Source: Thermoproteota archaeon (lineage in GTDB: Archaea > Thermoproteota > Thermoprotei_A > Sulfolobales > Ignisphaeraceae). Taken from it: a DNA stretch of 64,000 bases. Numbering within the stretch: position 1 is the stretch's first letter; each line of letters opens with the position of its first letter. Positions 40,050 through 50,446 of this stretch are shown piece after piece. The position numbers and the translations under genes are program-made. The stretch spans positions 100,333 to 164,332 of the forward strand of contig JAUQPB010000003.1 of assembly GCA_030550585.1 (NCBI GenBank). The letters run 5' to 3'. The notes under the pieces are model-generated. The model saw only the letters and a program-made list of their open reading frames with translations. It was not told the origin of the DNA and did no database searches.

Positions 40050-40376
40050 ATGGTGTTTTCTTTGGGTAGCGCAAGCAGTATTATGAAGGAGATAGAGTCT
40101 GAGGCTGAGAGAATTATTGGAGAAGCTGAAGAAAGAGCTTCGAAGATAGTTGAAGAAGCTAAGAAAAAGGCTAGTGAGATTTTAGATGATACAAGCTATA
40201 TTGATGATTTGAATAAGTTTGCAAGGGAATTAGAGGAGAATGTGAATAGGGAGTATCATAATATAATTGAAGAGGCTAAGAAAAAAGCAGAAGAAATAGC
40301 TAGAGCATATAAGAAGAACATTGATGAGATTGTTAAAAATATTGTATCAAATGTCATAGGAGTTGAAATCGACTAG
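40050..40376 (+). CDS. atpH: A/V-type ATP synthase subunit H (peripheral stalk)
   Basis: E/K/A-rich coiled coil at head of the operon. Confidence 0.75.
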   Translation: MVFSLGSASSIMKEIESEAERIIGEAEERASKIVEEAKKKASEILDDTSYIDDLNKFARELEENVNREYHNIIEEAKKKAEEIARAYKKNIDEIVKNIVSNVIGVEID

Positions 40377-40385
40377 GTATCATTC

Positions 40386-42401
40386 ATGAATATAAGATAT
40401 GTTATTCTTAGCGATCCTGATATAGCATTAAAAGCCTATGTGATTGTCCCCCGCGACTATGCTGATACGGCATTGGAAAAGATAGTGAAGCTAGGTGCTT
40501 TTGAGCCTATATCATTGGAGGAGAAGGAAAAAGCTAGAGAAATTGAAGAGTACATTGCCTTAGTTGAGAACTGCAAAAAGCTATTTGATTCAATTAACTC
40601 ATTCATAGAAAAGCCATTAACTGTAAAAATTGAGGAGATGCCAACAAGTACCAAACAAGCTCTTCAGAGTCTATATAAAAAACTCGGTAATGCGTTAGAA
40701 TTACTTAGAGAACTCGATAAGAAGAGACTTGAGAATATTAAAAAATTAAGAGAACTTGAGATGATAAGGAAATATCTCGACCAAATATCAATTATGTATA
40801 GCAACGCTGATATAAGTGTTCTAGACTATGATGGTGATCTAATTGCTGTAAAAACGTTTCTAGGCCCTAAAAACGAGATTGAGTTGTTGAAGAAGAGAGC
40901 AAGATATGTACTGGGAGAGACCGTTTTCGACGAACAAAACGCTTTGGCTACAATTGTTTTTGATTCAAACCTGTTGGAAATCATCCTAAAGGAAGTTGAG
41001 CAAAGGAATGTTAAAATTATAGAGTTTTCAAAAGTATATGGATATACCACTCTTCTAAAAGCTATTGAGGCTATTGACAAAGAGAAGTTAGATATAGAGG
41101 CGGAATTAAGAAACATTGAGAATAGAATTGACGAGATTATAAAAAGTAATGTACATGATATCGCCTTGTTGAAGACTCTTGTAGACATCGAATATGGCAA
41201 GATTGAGTTATTGAAAACAGCTTTAGAGTCAAAGTATTTGGTGTTGCTTAGTGGCTGGGTTTTAAGGTCTAGAAAGGAAGAGTTTCTAAAGGAGTTGAGC
41301 AAAGTACCATCTCAGATAATATTTGAGGACTCTCCCGAGCCTCCTGTAGAATTCAACAACTTAAAGCCGTTCAAACCTTTTGAAATGTTTACAGAGTTGA
41401 ATGGCTATCCATCGCCTAGAGAATGGGATCCGACACCCCTACTTACGTATTTTTACGGAATTTACTTCGCTCTAATGTTCCCTGACATAGGCTATGCAAT
41501 AGGGTTGCTAATAGGTTCTAAGTACATCCTACCCTACTTTGTTCAAAATCCTGAGACCCTCCAAAAGCTCAGAAGAATAGTATATGTAACAGCTTCTAGT
41601 GCCATTATCACCGGACTCCTCTCTGGAAGCTTCCTAGGCTCGCTTATAGGCCAGTACATATCTCTTGTACTGCCCCCTATCCTCCCATCTCCACCACCAA
41701 GACTTTTAGATGTCGAAGCTACAGTAAAGTATATGCTATCATCAATTAAATTGGCTTTGCTAATAGGATATATAAGCATATTAATAGCACATATAGTTGC
41801 ATTAGCAAAGGCAGCTACAAAAACACGTGATCTATGGACAGCATTATTAGAGGCTTGCATGGTTTTATTCATAATATTTGGGCCACCACTTATAACATAC
41901 AAACTTTCCTTTCTGGAAATGGATGTTGATATATTCAAATTAGGTAGGATAATACCTGTTAACATAATAGAGTATACGGTTTATGCAACATTAGCTATAT
42001 TCATACTGTCCAAGGTTAAAACATCGGGTCTTATGGGAATGTTCTTCTGGATATTTGATGTTATCGGCATCTTGGCTGATGACATGTCATTTATTAGAAT
42101 TGCTGGAATAGGTGCTGGCTCAGCTTTGCTAGCAGAAATTTTCAATTCATTTATATACTCAGCAATACAAAGTGCATTAACTATAAATATAGCTGTAGGG
42201 ATTGTAGTGGGACTTATAATGACTTTCATATTACATACATTCATACTTGGTGCCTCTGTCTTAGGTCCCTACATACATTCACTTCGATTGATAACATATG
42301 AAATGGCTACGAAATTCTATGAAGGAAGTGGAAAAAGAATTGTACCCCTAAAAATTGTGCTAAGCCCGGTAAAACTTGGGTCAACAAAAGAATTGGTTTA
42401 A
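40386..42401 (+). CDS. atpI: A/V-type ATP synthase subunit I (a)
   Basis: Soluble N-half; PF..F...G.P...WDPT, MFPDIGY, SFIRIAG (essential Arg), HSLRL..YE..KFY.G. Confidence 0.92.
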   Translation: MNIRYVILSDPDIALKAYVIVPRDYADTALEKIVKLGAFEPISLEEKEKAREIEEYIALVENCKKLFDSINSFIEKPLTVKIEEMPTSTKQALQSLYKKLGNALELLRELDKKRLENIKKLRELEMIRKYLDQISIMYSNADISVLDYDGDLIAVKTFLGPKNEIELLKKRARYVLGETVFDEQNALATIVFDSNLLEIILKEVEQRNVKIIEFSKVYGYTTLLKAIEAIDKEKLDIEAELRNIENRIDEIIKSNVHDIALLKTLVDIEYGKIELLKTALESKYLVLLSGWVLRSRKEEFLKELSKVPSQIIFEDSPEPPVEFNNLKPFKPFEMFTELNGYPSPREWDPTPLLTYFYGIYFALMFPDIGYAIGLLIGSKYILPYFVQNPETLQKLRRIVYVTASSAIITGLLSGSFLGSLIGQYISLVLPPILPSPPPRLLDVEATVKYMLSSIKLALLIGYISILIAHIVALAKAATKTRDLWTALLEACMVLFIIFGPPLITYKLSFLEMDVDIFKLGRIIPVNIIEYTVYATLAIFILSKVKTSGLMGMFFWIFDVIGILADDMSFIRIAGIGAGSALLAEIFNSFIYSAIQSALTINIAVGIVVGLIMTFILHTFILGASVLGPYIHSLRLITYEMATKFYEGSGKRIVPLKIVLSPVKLGSTKELV

Positions 42402-42442
42402 ACCAAAAAACAATAGAGTAGTGATAAAGAATGATTAGATCC

Positions 42443-42456
42443 AAAAAACTTTTAAT
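42443..42456 (+). promoter_or_regulatory. Putative internal BRE/TATA promoter upstream of atpK
   Basis: AAAAAA-C-TTTTAAT about 40 nt upstream of atpK ATG in a 91-nt gap; GAGGGA SD follows. Confidence 0.5.
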
Positions 42457-42492
42457 CCGCACCTTTCTTCTAGACCGAGGGATTAAAGAAAG

Positions 42493-42975
42493 ATGAGTAG
42501 TGATATACTTGCATTCATAGGCCCTGGGCTAGCAGAGGGGCTCGCAGCAGTAGGCTCTACACTAGGAATTTACATAGCGATTTCAGCAGGAATCCCAGTA
42601 ATAAGTGAGGATCCTGCTCAAAGAGGTAGGGTATTTGCACTAGCCTTCCTCCCCGCCACCCAAACACTGGTATACGGTTTCCTCTACATGCTAATGAGCT
42701 ACAGTGCCTTCCTACCATCTCTACTCAAGAAATACTCTTCAGTACCACCCCATATTGCAGCAGCCGTATTTGGTATAAGCATATTCGTCGGCTTAGTAGA
42801 GCTCTATTCAGCATATGGACAAGGAAAAGTTTGTGCAGATGGGGCAGCACAATTAATAAAAACACGTGGAGCAATATTTGGTCCCACGGTAATTTTAGCT
42901 GCATATGAGGAGTTGTTCGGCATTCTTGGCATGGTTTTCGGCATAATGTTTATGTCTATTATCACCAGTTGGTAA
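42493..42975 (+). CDS. atpK: A/V-type ATP synthase subunit K (c), 4-TM duplicated form
   Basis: 160 aa hydrophobic; LPATQ..Y in helix 2, GQG in helix 3, EE in helix 4. Confidence 0.9.
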   Translation: MSSDILAFIGPGLAEGLAAVGSTLGIYIAISAGIPVISEDPAQRGRVFALAFLPATQTLVYGFLYMLMSYSAFLPSLLKKYSSVPPHIAAAVFGISIFVGLVELYSAYGQGKVCADGAAQLIKTRGAIFGPTVILAAYEELFGILGMVFGIMFMSIITSW

Positions 42976-42981
42976 GCCTAT

Positions 42982-43578
42982 ATGAGTATTGAGGAGCTTA
43001 AAAGAGCTGTTTTAGAGAAAGCCAAGATAGAGGCAGAACATATTTTAAAGAAAGCTGAAGAAGAAGCGAAAAACATTATAGAAGAAGCTCGAAAGAAGAA
43101 GCTGATGCTCATTGAGGAAAAGAAGAGAGAGATGGTAGCTAAGCTAAATCCTGATGCTAGAATAGCAGAAGCTAGATATAAAGCAAGACTCATTCTTGCT
43201 GAAGCAAAAGATTCTATAATTAGAGAAATCATAACTCGTGTCAACAGTATTTTGGATTCTCTACCACAAAATATAAGATTCGAGTCGATAAAAAGACTTG
43301 TTGATGAGTCTCTACAAGAGATCTTCAATTCCGTTGGTAAAGTTGATAGCATTGTAATCAAAATTTCGTCTAAAGATGCAAATCTTGTTGATGCTATTAA
43401 GGAATATGTTGAGCAATCCTATAATATAAGGGTTAAAGATGTGCATACAATAAATATTTCTGGTGGTATAATAGTAGAGCATTCCAGTGGGGAAATAATT
43501 ATCGATAATAGTTATGAAGAGAGGCTAAAAAAGATACTTAGAAGTATAATGCCTCAATTGTCAAAAACTGCTTCGTGA
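42982..43578 (+). CDS. atpE: A/V-type ATP synthase subunit E
   Basis: N-terminal coiled coil, ISGGIIV..IIDNS. Confidence 0.88.
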   Translation: MSIEELKRAVLEKAKIEAEHILKKAEEEAKNIIEEARKKKLMLIEEKKREMVAKLNPDARIAEARYKARLILAEAKDSIIREIITRVNSILDSLPQNIRFESIKRLVDESLQEIFNSVGKVDSIVIKISSKDANLVDAIKEYVEQSYNIRVKDVHTINISGGIIVEHSSGEIIIDNSYEERLKKILRSIMPQLSKTAS

Positions 43579-43583
43579 GATAA

Positions 43584-44453
43584 ATGACATACAAAATGAG
43601 TGTATATGGACTAAAAACAATTTTGATAACACACCTAAACAAAAATCCAAAACTCGAAGAGGTTATTCAAACGGCATTAGAAAATAGGTTCATAGATCTC
43701 CCATCAATGGTGACCAAATATAATTCGAGAACAGATTATCTCAAATTGGCGTCTGCAAAAACAATTCATGAATTGGAAGAGAATTTGATTGGATTAATAA
43801 AAAATGAGTTAGACTATGTCTACAACCTTCTTCCTGAGTTCTATTCGAAATTCTTTAGGACGTTTCTAACGATATACGAACTTGATTTGATCTATAATTC
43901 CATTGTATCATCTAAACGTTTTACTGAAATGAAGCCAAGATTTTTAGAGTCTAAAGACATGGATACTTACATGTACTGCACGAAAGAGAATGCTTATGGG
44001 TGTCTTTTACTAACATTTCTAAAAAATCTCAAAGCAGATTTGGAGATAGCGGAACAGCGAAGAACACTTAGAGAGAATTATTCTAGGGCTCTTGGATGTG
44101 TGAGTCTCCTAGTTGCTTCGAAGTATTTGAAATACGTATCTAATTTAGAGAAGCTTAATCTTACAGTATCAGACTCTATAGAGATTTTCGTTAAGCAGAT
44201 TACTTCAACTACTAATATAGATGGCTTAGCTCAATATCAATTGGAGAATTCCACAAAGCAACTATACAGTATCATTAGATCTTATCCCAGCAAAGCAACT
44301 ATATACGAAGCACAGCATGTGTATGGAAAATGCAGAGAGTTGCTAGCATTATCTCCGCAGGTCATAGATTTGCTGACGCTTTATCTAGTTAATAGATACT
44401 ATGAAATGTATATACTGAAATATGTACTTCCGGTTTCTTGGGTATTCAAATGA
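43584..44453 (+). CDS. atpC: Probable ATP synthase subunit C (highly divergent)
   Basis: Position between E and F, helical 289 aa; weak sequence similarity by eye. Confidence 0.55.
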   Translation: MTYKMSVYGLKTILITHLNKNPKLEEVIQTALENRFIDLPSMVTKYNSRTDYLKLASAKTIHELEENLIGLIKNELDYVYNLLPEFYSKFFRTFLTIYELDLIYNSIVSSKRFTEMKPRFLESKDMDTYMYCTKENAYGCLLLTFLKNLKADLEIAEQRRTLRENYSRALGCVSLLVASKYLKYVSNLEKLNLTVSDSIEIFVKQITSTTNIDGLAQYQLENSTKQLYSIIRSYPSKATIYEAQHVYGKCRELLALSPQVIDLLTLYLVNRYYEMYILKYVLPVSWVFK

Positions 44454-44794
44454 GTTTGCCAAGAGATTTCACCAAAAAGATTTGTGCCATTGTTAGAAAA
44501 GAGTTTGAGCCACTTGTGAAAATACTTGGCATCAAAGATGTTTACACAGCGGAGAATTGGGATGAAGCTAAGGTTGTGTTGGATAAACTTGTGACGCAGA
44601 GTGATATAGCCATTATCATTATACAGAAAAGTTTGGTGCCCAATGAGAAGAGCTTCATTGATTTGAATCTAGATAGGCTTTATCCGATAGTTACAGTTAT
44701 ACCTGACGATAAAATAAGTTTATCTGTATCACTACAAACTTTTTATGGAGAGCTTATCCGAAGATATATAGGCTATGAAATCTACTTAGGGTAA
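44450..44794 (+). CDS. atpF: A/V-type ATP synthase subunit F
   Basis: ILGI, DIAIIII, YP.V..IPD, LIRRYIG. Confidence 0.85.
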   Translation: MSLPRDFTKKICAIVRKEFEPLVKILGIKDVYTAENWDEAKVVLDKLVTQSDIAIIIIQKSLVPNEKSFIDLNLDRLYPIVTVIPDDKISLSVSLQTFYGELIRRYIGYEIYLG

Positions 44795-44799
44795 TTACA

Positions 44800-46575
44800 T
44801 TGAGCATTAGAACAGGTAAGATATATAGGATTGCCGGCCCCCTTGTTGTCGCTACTGACATACCTAATCCAATGATATACGAAGTTGTTTATGTTGGTGA
44901 AGAGGGGCTTATTGGAGAGATTATAGCTATCAGAGGAGAGAAGATATATATACAAGTTTATGAAGAGACAACAGGTTTGACTGTTGGGGAAAAGGTAGAG
45001 GCTACAGGCAAGCCCTTGTCAGCAGAGCTTGGACCTGGGCTGGTAGGATCTATATACGATGGTCTTCAAAGACCTGAAAAAGAAATTGCAAAGCTATTTA
45101 ATGATATATTCATTAGAAGAGGTGCCAAAGTTGCTTCACTTGATAGAAACAAGAAGTGGCATTTTGTGAGGGAGAAGAGTATTAGTGTTGGTGATAAGGT
45201 TTATCCTGGTGACTTCATAGGATATGTTATTGAAACCCCTCTTGTAAAGCATTATATCATGATTCCGCCAAATGTTAAAGGCGAGCTCAAGTGGATTGCT
45301 GATGAAGGCGACTACACAGTTGAGGATACTATAGCTACTGTCTCATCTGGTCAACAAGAATACGATGTTAAGCTATATCATATTTGGCCAATTAGAGTTC
45401 CAAGACCATACACCGAGAAGCTACCTCCAACAGAACCTTTGATTACGGGTATCAGGGTTATAGACCATGTTTTTCCAATTGCAAAAGGTGGAAAAGCTGC
45501 TGTTCCAGGCGGTTTTGGAACAGGGAAGACTGTACTGCTTCAAGCATTGACAAAGTGGAGCCACGCCGATATAGCAATATATGTTGGATGTGGTGAGAGA
45601 GGTAATGAAATGTCGGATGCTTTAACAAGTTTTCTAAAGCTTATGGATGTCAGGAGGGGGAGGCCAATGATGGAAAGATCGGTCTTCATAGCAAATACGA
45701 GTAACATGCCTGTAGCGGCTAGAGAAACCAGTGTTTTTCTTGGCGTTACAATAGCCGAGTACTTCAGGGACATGGGCTACGATGTGATAATGGTGGCTGA
45801 TTCCACCAGTAGGTGGGCTGAGGCCATGAGAGAGATAAGTGGTAGAATGGAGGAGATGCCAGGTGAAGAAGGTTTCCCAGCCTATTTGGCAAGCAGACTT
45901 TCAGAATTCTATGAGAGGGCTGGCAAAGTTAAAACACTTGGAAGGCCGGAAAGGTTTGGAAGCGTAACTGTGTTTGGCGCGGTTTCGCCACCTGGTGGAG
46001 ACTTCAGCGAGCCTGTGGTCAGAAATACTGTAAGGTATGTTCAAAGCTTTTACGCATTGGACTATGGACTTGCGACAAGAAGGCACTTTCCAGCTATAAA
46101 CTGGCTTACAAGCTATAGCATGTATGTTGATTTTGTTAAAGAGTATTGGGATAAGGTAACAGATGGAAAATGGAGTAAGTATAGAGCAGAATTGCTGAGA
46201 ATACTCCAAAGAGAGTCTGAGCTAAGCGATATTGTTAGGCTTGTAGGGCCTGAGGCTCTCCCCGAAGAAGATAAGTTCATACTTGAGGTGGCCAGGATTA
46301 TTAGAGAGGGTTTCCTACAGCAAGACTCCTTTGATCCTGTTGATGCCTATTCGCCTCCCGAGAAGGGAGTAATAATTATGGAGGCTATAATGGAGTTTTA
46401 TAGAAGGGCTTCAGAGTCCTTGTCGAAAGGTTTGTCAGTAGCTAAGATAAAAGGATTTAAGAGTAGATCTATGCTCTATCGAATGAGGTTCTACCCACTT
46501 GATGAACTTAAGAAGCTTGTAGCACAATTTCTCGAAACCCTAAACCAAGAGCTTGGTTCTGCGGTGGGAAGCTGA
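44800..46575 (+). CDS. atpA: A/V-type ATP synthase subunit A
   Basis: GGFGTGKT P-loop, [27 protein letters not shown]; no intein. Confidence 0.97.
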   Translation: MSIRTGKIYRIAGPLVVATDIPNPMIYEVVYVGEEGLIGEIIAIRGEKIYIQVYEETTGLTVGEKVEATGKPLSAELGPGLVGSIYDGLQRPEKEIAKLFNDIFIRRGAKVASLDRNKKWHFVREKSISVGDKVYPGDFIGYVIETPLVKHYIMIPPNVKGELKWIADEGDYTVEDTIATVSSGQQEYDVKLYHIWPIRVPRPYTEKLPPTEPLITGIRVIDHVFPIAKGGKAAVPGGFGTGKTVLLQALTKWSHADIAIYVGCGERGNEMSDALTSFLKLMDVRRGRPMMERSVFIANTSNMPVAARETSVFLGVTIAEYFRDMGYDVIMVADSTSRWAEAMREISGRMEEMPGEEGFPAYLASRLSEFYERAGKVKTLGRPERFGSVTVFGAVSPPGGDFSEPVVRNTVRYVQSFYALDYGLATRRHFPAINWLTSYSMYVDFVKEYWDKVTDGKWSKYRAELLRILQRESELSDIVRLVGPEALPEEDKFILEVARIIREGFLQQDSFDPVDAYSPPEKGVIIMEAIMEFYRRASESLSKGLSVAKIKGFKSRSMLYRMRFYPLDELKKLVAQFLETLNQELGSAVGS

Positions 46576-47993
46576 TGACTAGAGGTGCTCCAGTAACTAA
46601 GCTATATTCAAAAGCAAGTAAGCAGATATTTGGTGTAAGAGGTGCTCTGATATTTGTAAAAGCATTGAGCGGTATAAGCTATGGAGAACTTGTAGAAATA
46701 GATGTTGATGGCGATACCAGGCTGGGACAAGTAATAGACGTCAGCAAAGATGTTGTGATAGTCCAAGTTTTTGGATCGTCTCTTGGTGTAGCCACTGGCA
46801 AAACTGTTGTAAAGTTCCTCGGAGAAACGCTGAAAATTCCTGTATCAGCTGACATGCTTGGGAGGATCTTCGATGGTCTTGCAAGACCAATTGATGGAGG
46901 ACCTCAAATCATTCCAGAAGATTACCTGGATATACATGGAGAGCCCTTGAACCCTGCTGTGAGAATCCCACCTTCAGAATTTATAGAAACAGGAATATCT
47001 GTAATAGACGGTATGCTAACCCTTGTAAGAGGGCAGAAACTGCCCATATTCTCTGGCTCTGGTCTCCCCCACAACAAGCTAGCAATGCAAATAGTTAGAC
47101 AGGCTGCAGTGAGGGGAAGTGGTGAAAAATTTGCTGTTGTGTTTGGGGCTATTGGTGTTACACATGAAGAGGCCATGTATTTCCTAAGTGAGTTAAAGGC
47201 TATGGGTGCACTAGACAGAACAATAGCTTTTATAGCACCTGCCTCAGCATCAACAGTTGAGAAGTTGGCACTACCTAGAACAGCCTTAACAGCTGCAGAG
47301 TTTCTTGCATGGAAATACGATATGCATGTTCTGACAATATTAACTGACATGACAAACTATTGCGAGGCACTAAAAGAGGTTTCAGCAGCTAGAGAGGAAG
47401 TTCCTGGGAGAAGAGGTTATCCAGGATACATGTACACAGACTTGGCAACAATGTATGAAAGAGCTGGTAGGGTTGCAAATAAGAAGGGAAGCATGACAAT
47501 AATGCCTATACTGACCATGCCAGACGATGATATTACACATCCAATACCAGATCTAACTGGGTATATAACCGAGGGTCAAATAGTACTTTCTAGAGATTTG
47601 TGGAGAAAGGGTATATATCCACCTGTAGATGTGTTCCTCTCTTTATCTAGACTAATGAAAGAAGGTATAGGCCCTGGAAAGACACGAGATGATCATAGAG
47701 AGGTCTTTGCACAGCTGATGTCAGCATATTCAGAGGGTACATACTTGAGAGAGCTCATCACAATTGTTGGAGTAGAGTCTCTGACACAGAGAGATAGAAA
47801 ATATCTGGAGTTTGCTGATGAATTTGAAAAGAGGTTTATAAATCAAGGAGAATATGAGAGGAGGTCGATAGAGGAGACACTTGATATTGCATGGGAGCTT
47901 CTAGCAATACTTCCAGAAGATGAGCTTAGACAGGTCAAACCAGAGACTATTAGGAAATACCATCCAAAGTATAGAGGGGGCAAAGCTGAGTAG
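46575..47993 (+). CDS. atpB: A/V-type ATP synthase subunit B
   Basis: [45 protein letters not shown]. Confidence 0.97.
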   Translation: MTRGAPVTKLYSKASKQIFGVRGALIFVKALSGISYGELVEIDVDGDTRLGQVIDVSKDVVIVQVFGSSLGVATGKTVVKFLGETLKIPVSADMLGRIFDGLARPIDGGPQIIPEDYLDIHGEPLNPAVRIPPSEFIETGISVIDGMLTLVRGQKLPIFSGSGLPHNKLAMQIVRQAAVRGSGEKFAVVFGAIGVTHEEAMYFLSELKAMGALDRTIAFIAPASASTVEKLALPRTALTAAEFLAWKYDMHVLTILTDMTNYCEALKEVSAAREEVPGRRGYPGYMYTDLATMYERAGRVANKKGSMTIMPILTMPDDDITHPIPDLTGYITEGQIVLSRDLWRKGIYPPVDVFLSLSRLMKEGIGPGKTRDDHREVFAQLMSAYSEGTYLRELITIVGVESLTQRDRKYLEFADEFEKRFINQGEYERRSIEETLDIAWELLAILPEDELRQVKPETIRKYHPKYRGGKAE

Positions 47994-48618
47994 CGAAATA
48001 ATTAAATTATCGAGACCAACAAAAATAGAGCTCATAAGACTCAGAAGAAGACTTGCACTAAGTAGAAGAATACATAGGATTTTGAGAGATAGACTAACTT
48101 TTCTGATGCAGGAGTTCTACACAGTTTACAGAAAGGCATTTGAATCTAGACGCAGACTCCATGAAATGCTCAATGAAATCTACAAAAGCTACTCACACGC
48201 TGTTGCTATACATGGCCTTGAGATCCTCGATACCGGGGCAAACACCATCAACGGAACAGTAGAGGTTGTGGCAGGCACAAGAAATGTCATGGGTGTTGTG
48301 GCACCGTCTATGGAAATATCCTCTATACCTATGCACACACCTGCATTGCCGATCGAGGTTGCAGATATCCAGGTAAAACGCAATGAGTTCTTAGAGACGC
48401 TTGTTTCCGTAGCCGAATACGAGAAAGAGCTGATTGAGCTAGCCATGGAGATTTCAAGAGTGAGAAGAGTTGTCATGATGCTAGAAAAGGTTTTGATACC
48501 AAGGCTCATCACAACCATAAGATATCTTATGATGAAATTTGATGAAATGGAGAGAGAGGAGAAGGTTAGAAGCATGAAGATAAAATCTTTATTGCTTCAA
48601 AGATCTGAGGGAGTGTAG
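47986..48618 (+). CDS. atpD: A/V-type ATP synthase subunit D
   Basis: RPTKIEL.RLRRRL, RR.V..LEKVLIP, EMEREE; CTG start at 47986 after GAGGGGG inferred (ORF track starts 47920). Confidence 0.9.
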   Translation: MSSEIIKLSRPTKIELIRLRRRLALSRRIHRILRDRLTFLMQEFYTVYRKAFESRRRLHEMLNEIYKSYSHAVAIHGLEILDTGANTINGTVEVVAGTRNVMGVVAPSMEISSIPMHTPALPIEVADIQVKRNEFLETLVSVAEYEKELIELAMEISRVRRVVMMLEKVLIPRLITTIRYLMMKFDEMEREEKVRSMKIKSLLLQRSEGV

Positions 48619-50427
48619 CACAAAATCTACAATATTTTTTGTAGGGGCTGCTGGAATTCCCAACCTATAAATTCTAGCAATTCTATATACATTATCTGAT
48701 GCCAGCATCGATGCAAAACCCTTTCTATAAGCTTCAACAATATACTCGATATTGTCGTCTATAACAACAGCTTTTGCATCATCGAATCCCTCTAAACAAT
48801 TGAAATACATAGCTATTTTTATTGGCCCTGCATTACCGTCTCTACCAATCACCTTATAGACAAATTCGCTAACCCCAAGTTTATTGAGAACAGCTTTAGC
48901 CACTTTCATGCTCTGCTTAGTAGCAATACATATGGTAGCCTCTTCACTAAGTTGTTTCAGAGCCTGTCTAGAGGCATAGAGGTCATTCTTGCTTAATTTA
49001 TTTAAGGAGCTGAGCTCCGCCTCTTCTATAATGCTAGATAAAGTTTCAAACCCCTTTTTGTCACTGCTCCAAAGCCTAACCATAGCCCTATTTATTGTCT
49101 CCCACTCTTTGACTAGCCCAAGTTCCACAAGTTTTTGTCTAACCCTTCTCCAATCTACTGGAAGCTGGGTTAATGTGGCATCCAAATCAAAGATTACAAC
49201 TCTTCTTCTACTCTCTAAAAATTGTGTAAACCTCTTAAGCCAGTAAACCAACTCAATTCTAGAACCCTCCAGATATGCCCTCCAACTATCGCGTTCTCTA
49301 GAAAACCTTTCCAAAGCCTTCAAAATCTGCATCAAGTTTTTTGCAGGCTCCAATAGATCAACGTCGCTTCGCAAAGGATTTGCAACCATTTTTCTAGCCA
49401 TGTATATCCAAACCGATGGTATCTTGGCCAAGTATCTTAGCCCATCCAAAACCCATACAAATTCTCCCCCATGTACCTTCAACCTCTTTGCAAGTTCCCT
49501 TGCACTTTCCTCGCCGTATATATAAGCAGCTACGAGAATTCCTGGGAAATGATATCCTAGCGACACAGCCAGATCTATGCTTCCCCAAAACTTGGGATTT
49601 ACCTCAATTACATAGTATACCCCCAGCTCATCAACATATCTTGTTTCGACCATTAGAACCCCATTCCATCTCAATAGCTCTACAACTTTTCTCCCAATGG
49701 CATAGAGCTGAGGATCCTCCACAGGGCCTTTCGCACATAGGCTTGCACCACCAACCGGTTGATATTCGACTATCCTCTGATGAGTGAACTCTACAATGGG
49801 TTTGCCCTCAAATGCCAATGCATAATATCCTCTTCCGATTCCTTCAACATATTCTTGAACAACACACGGAATTCTTCTAACAGCTTCTGAAACAGCTGAC
49901 TCAGAATCTAGATGAAAAGACGGGTTAGATGCATCACCAAGATTTTTTACCACAAGAGGTGGGGAAAGCCCGTATATACTCTCAGCATCGTGACTGCTAC
50001 CTACAAACACCTGCTTTGGAAACGCAACAGCTTTGCCCAATTTGTCAACAATTCTAACCCTATCCGATGCCAATACAATATCTTCGTAGCGTGGTGCTGC
50101 AACTGTTATCCCAAGCTCATAGAATATTTTCGCATATTTAGAAAAACCTACGAAATCAATATAATCCACGGGAACAACAACGTCGCATCCGTGTTTATGT
50201 GCAACCATAGCTACTATGTAAGGCCAGTCAACACCTTCTCTTCTAACCTTATACAAATATCTATAATCAAATATTCCAGAAAAAAGGTGGGGGTGAATGC
50301 TGTGAGCAACGCCAACAATCTTGATATTCAATAAACCTTTTATAGATTTTGCTATTGCCATAGATTTTCTAGAAGATATAGAGGCTACAACAGCACATTT
50401 GTCCAACGGCCATCGCCACAAAGACAT
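48589..50427 (-). CDS. ATP-grasp (carboxylate-amine ligase-like) fused to HAD-family phosphatase
   Basis: VVQEYVEG, GGAS, IEVNPKFWGS (ATP-grasp); IFDLDATL, IATKQ, VIDD (HAD motifs I, II, IV). Confidence 0.82.
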   Translation of the reverse strand: MSLWRWPLDKCAVVASISSRKSMAIAKSIKGLLNIKIVGVAHSIHPHLFSGIFDYRYLYKVRREGVDWPYIVAMVAHKHGCDVVVPVDYIDFVGFSKYAKIFYELGITVAAPRYEDIVLASDRVRIVDKLGKAVAFPKQVFVGSSHDAESIYGLSPPLVVKNLGDASNPSFHLDSESAVSEAVRRIPCVVQEYVEGIGRGYYALAFEGKPIVEFTHQRIVEYQPVGGASLCAKGPVEDPQLYAIGRKVVELLRWNGVLMVETRYVDELGVYYVIEVNPKFWGSIDLAVSLGYHFPGILVAAYIYGEESARELAKRLKVHGGEFVWVLDGLRYLAKIPSVWIYMARKMVANPLRSDVDLLEPAKNLMQILKALERFSRERDSWRAYLEGSRIELVYWLKRFTQFLESRRRVVIFDLDATLTQLPVDWRRVRQKLVELGLVKEWETINRAMVRLWSSDKKGFETLSSIIEEAELSSLNKLSKNDLYASRQALKQLSEEATICIATKQSMKVAKAVLNKLGVSEFVYKVIGRDGNAGPIKIAMYFNCLEGFDDAKAVVIDDNIEYIVEAYRKGFASMLASDNVYRIARIYRLGIPAAPTKNIVDFVLHSLRSLKQ

Positions 50428-50446
50428 TGTCTAGAGGTGAATAAAA

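Noticed and set aside
44800-46575. Intein in ATP synthase subunit A (or in Lhr)
   Set aside because: Lengths are normal (591 and 905 aa) and motifs are uninterrupted.
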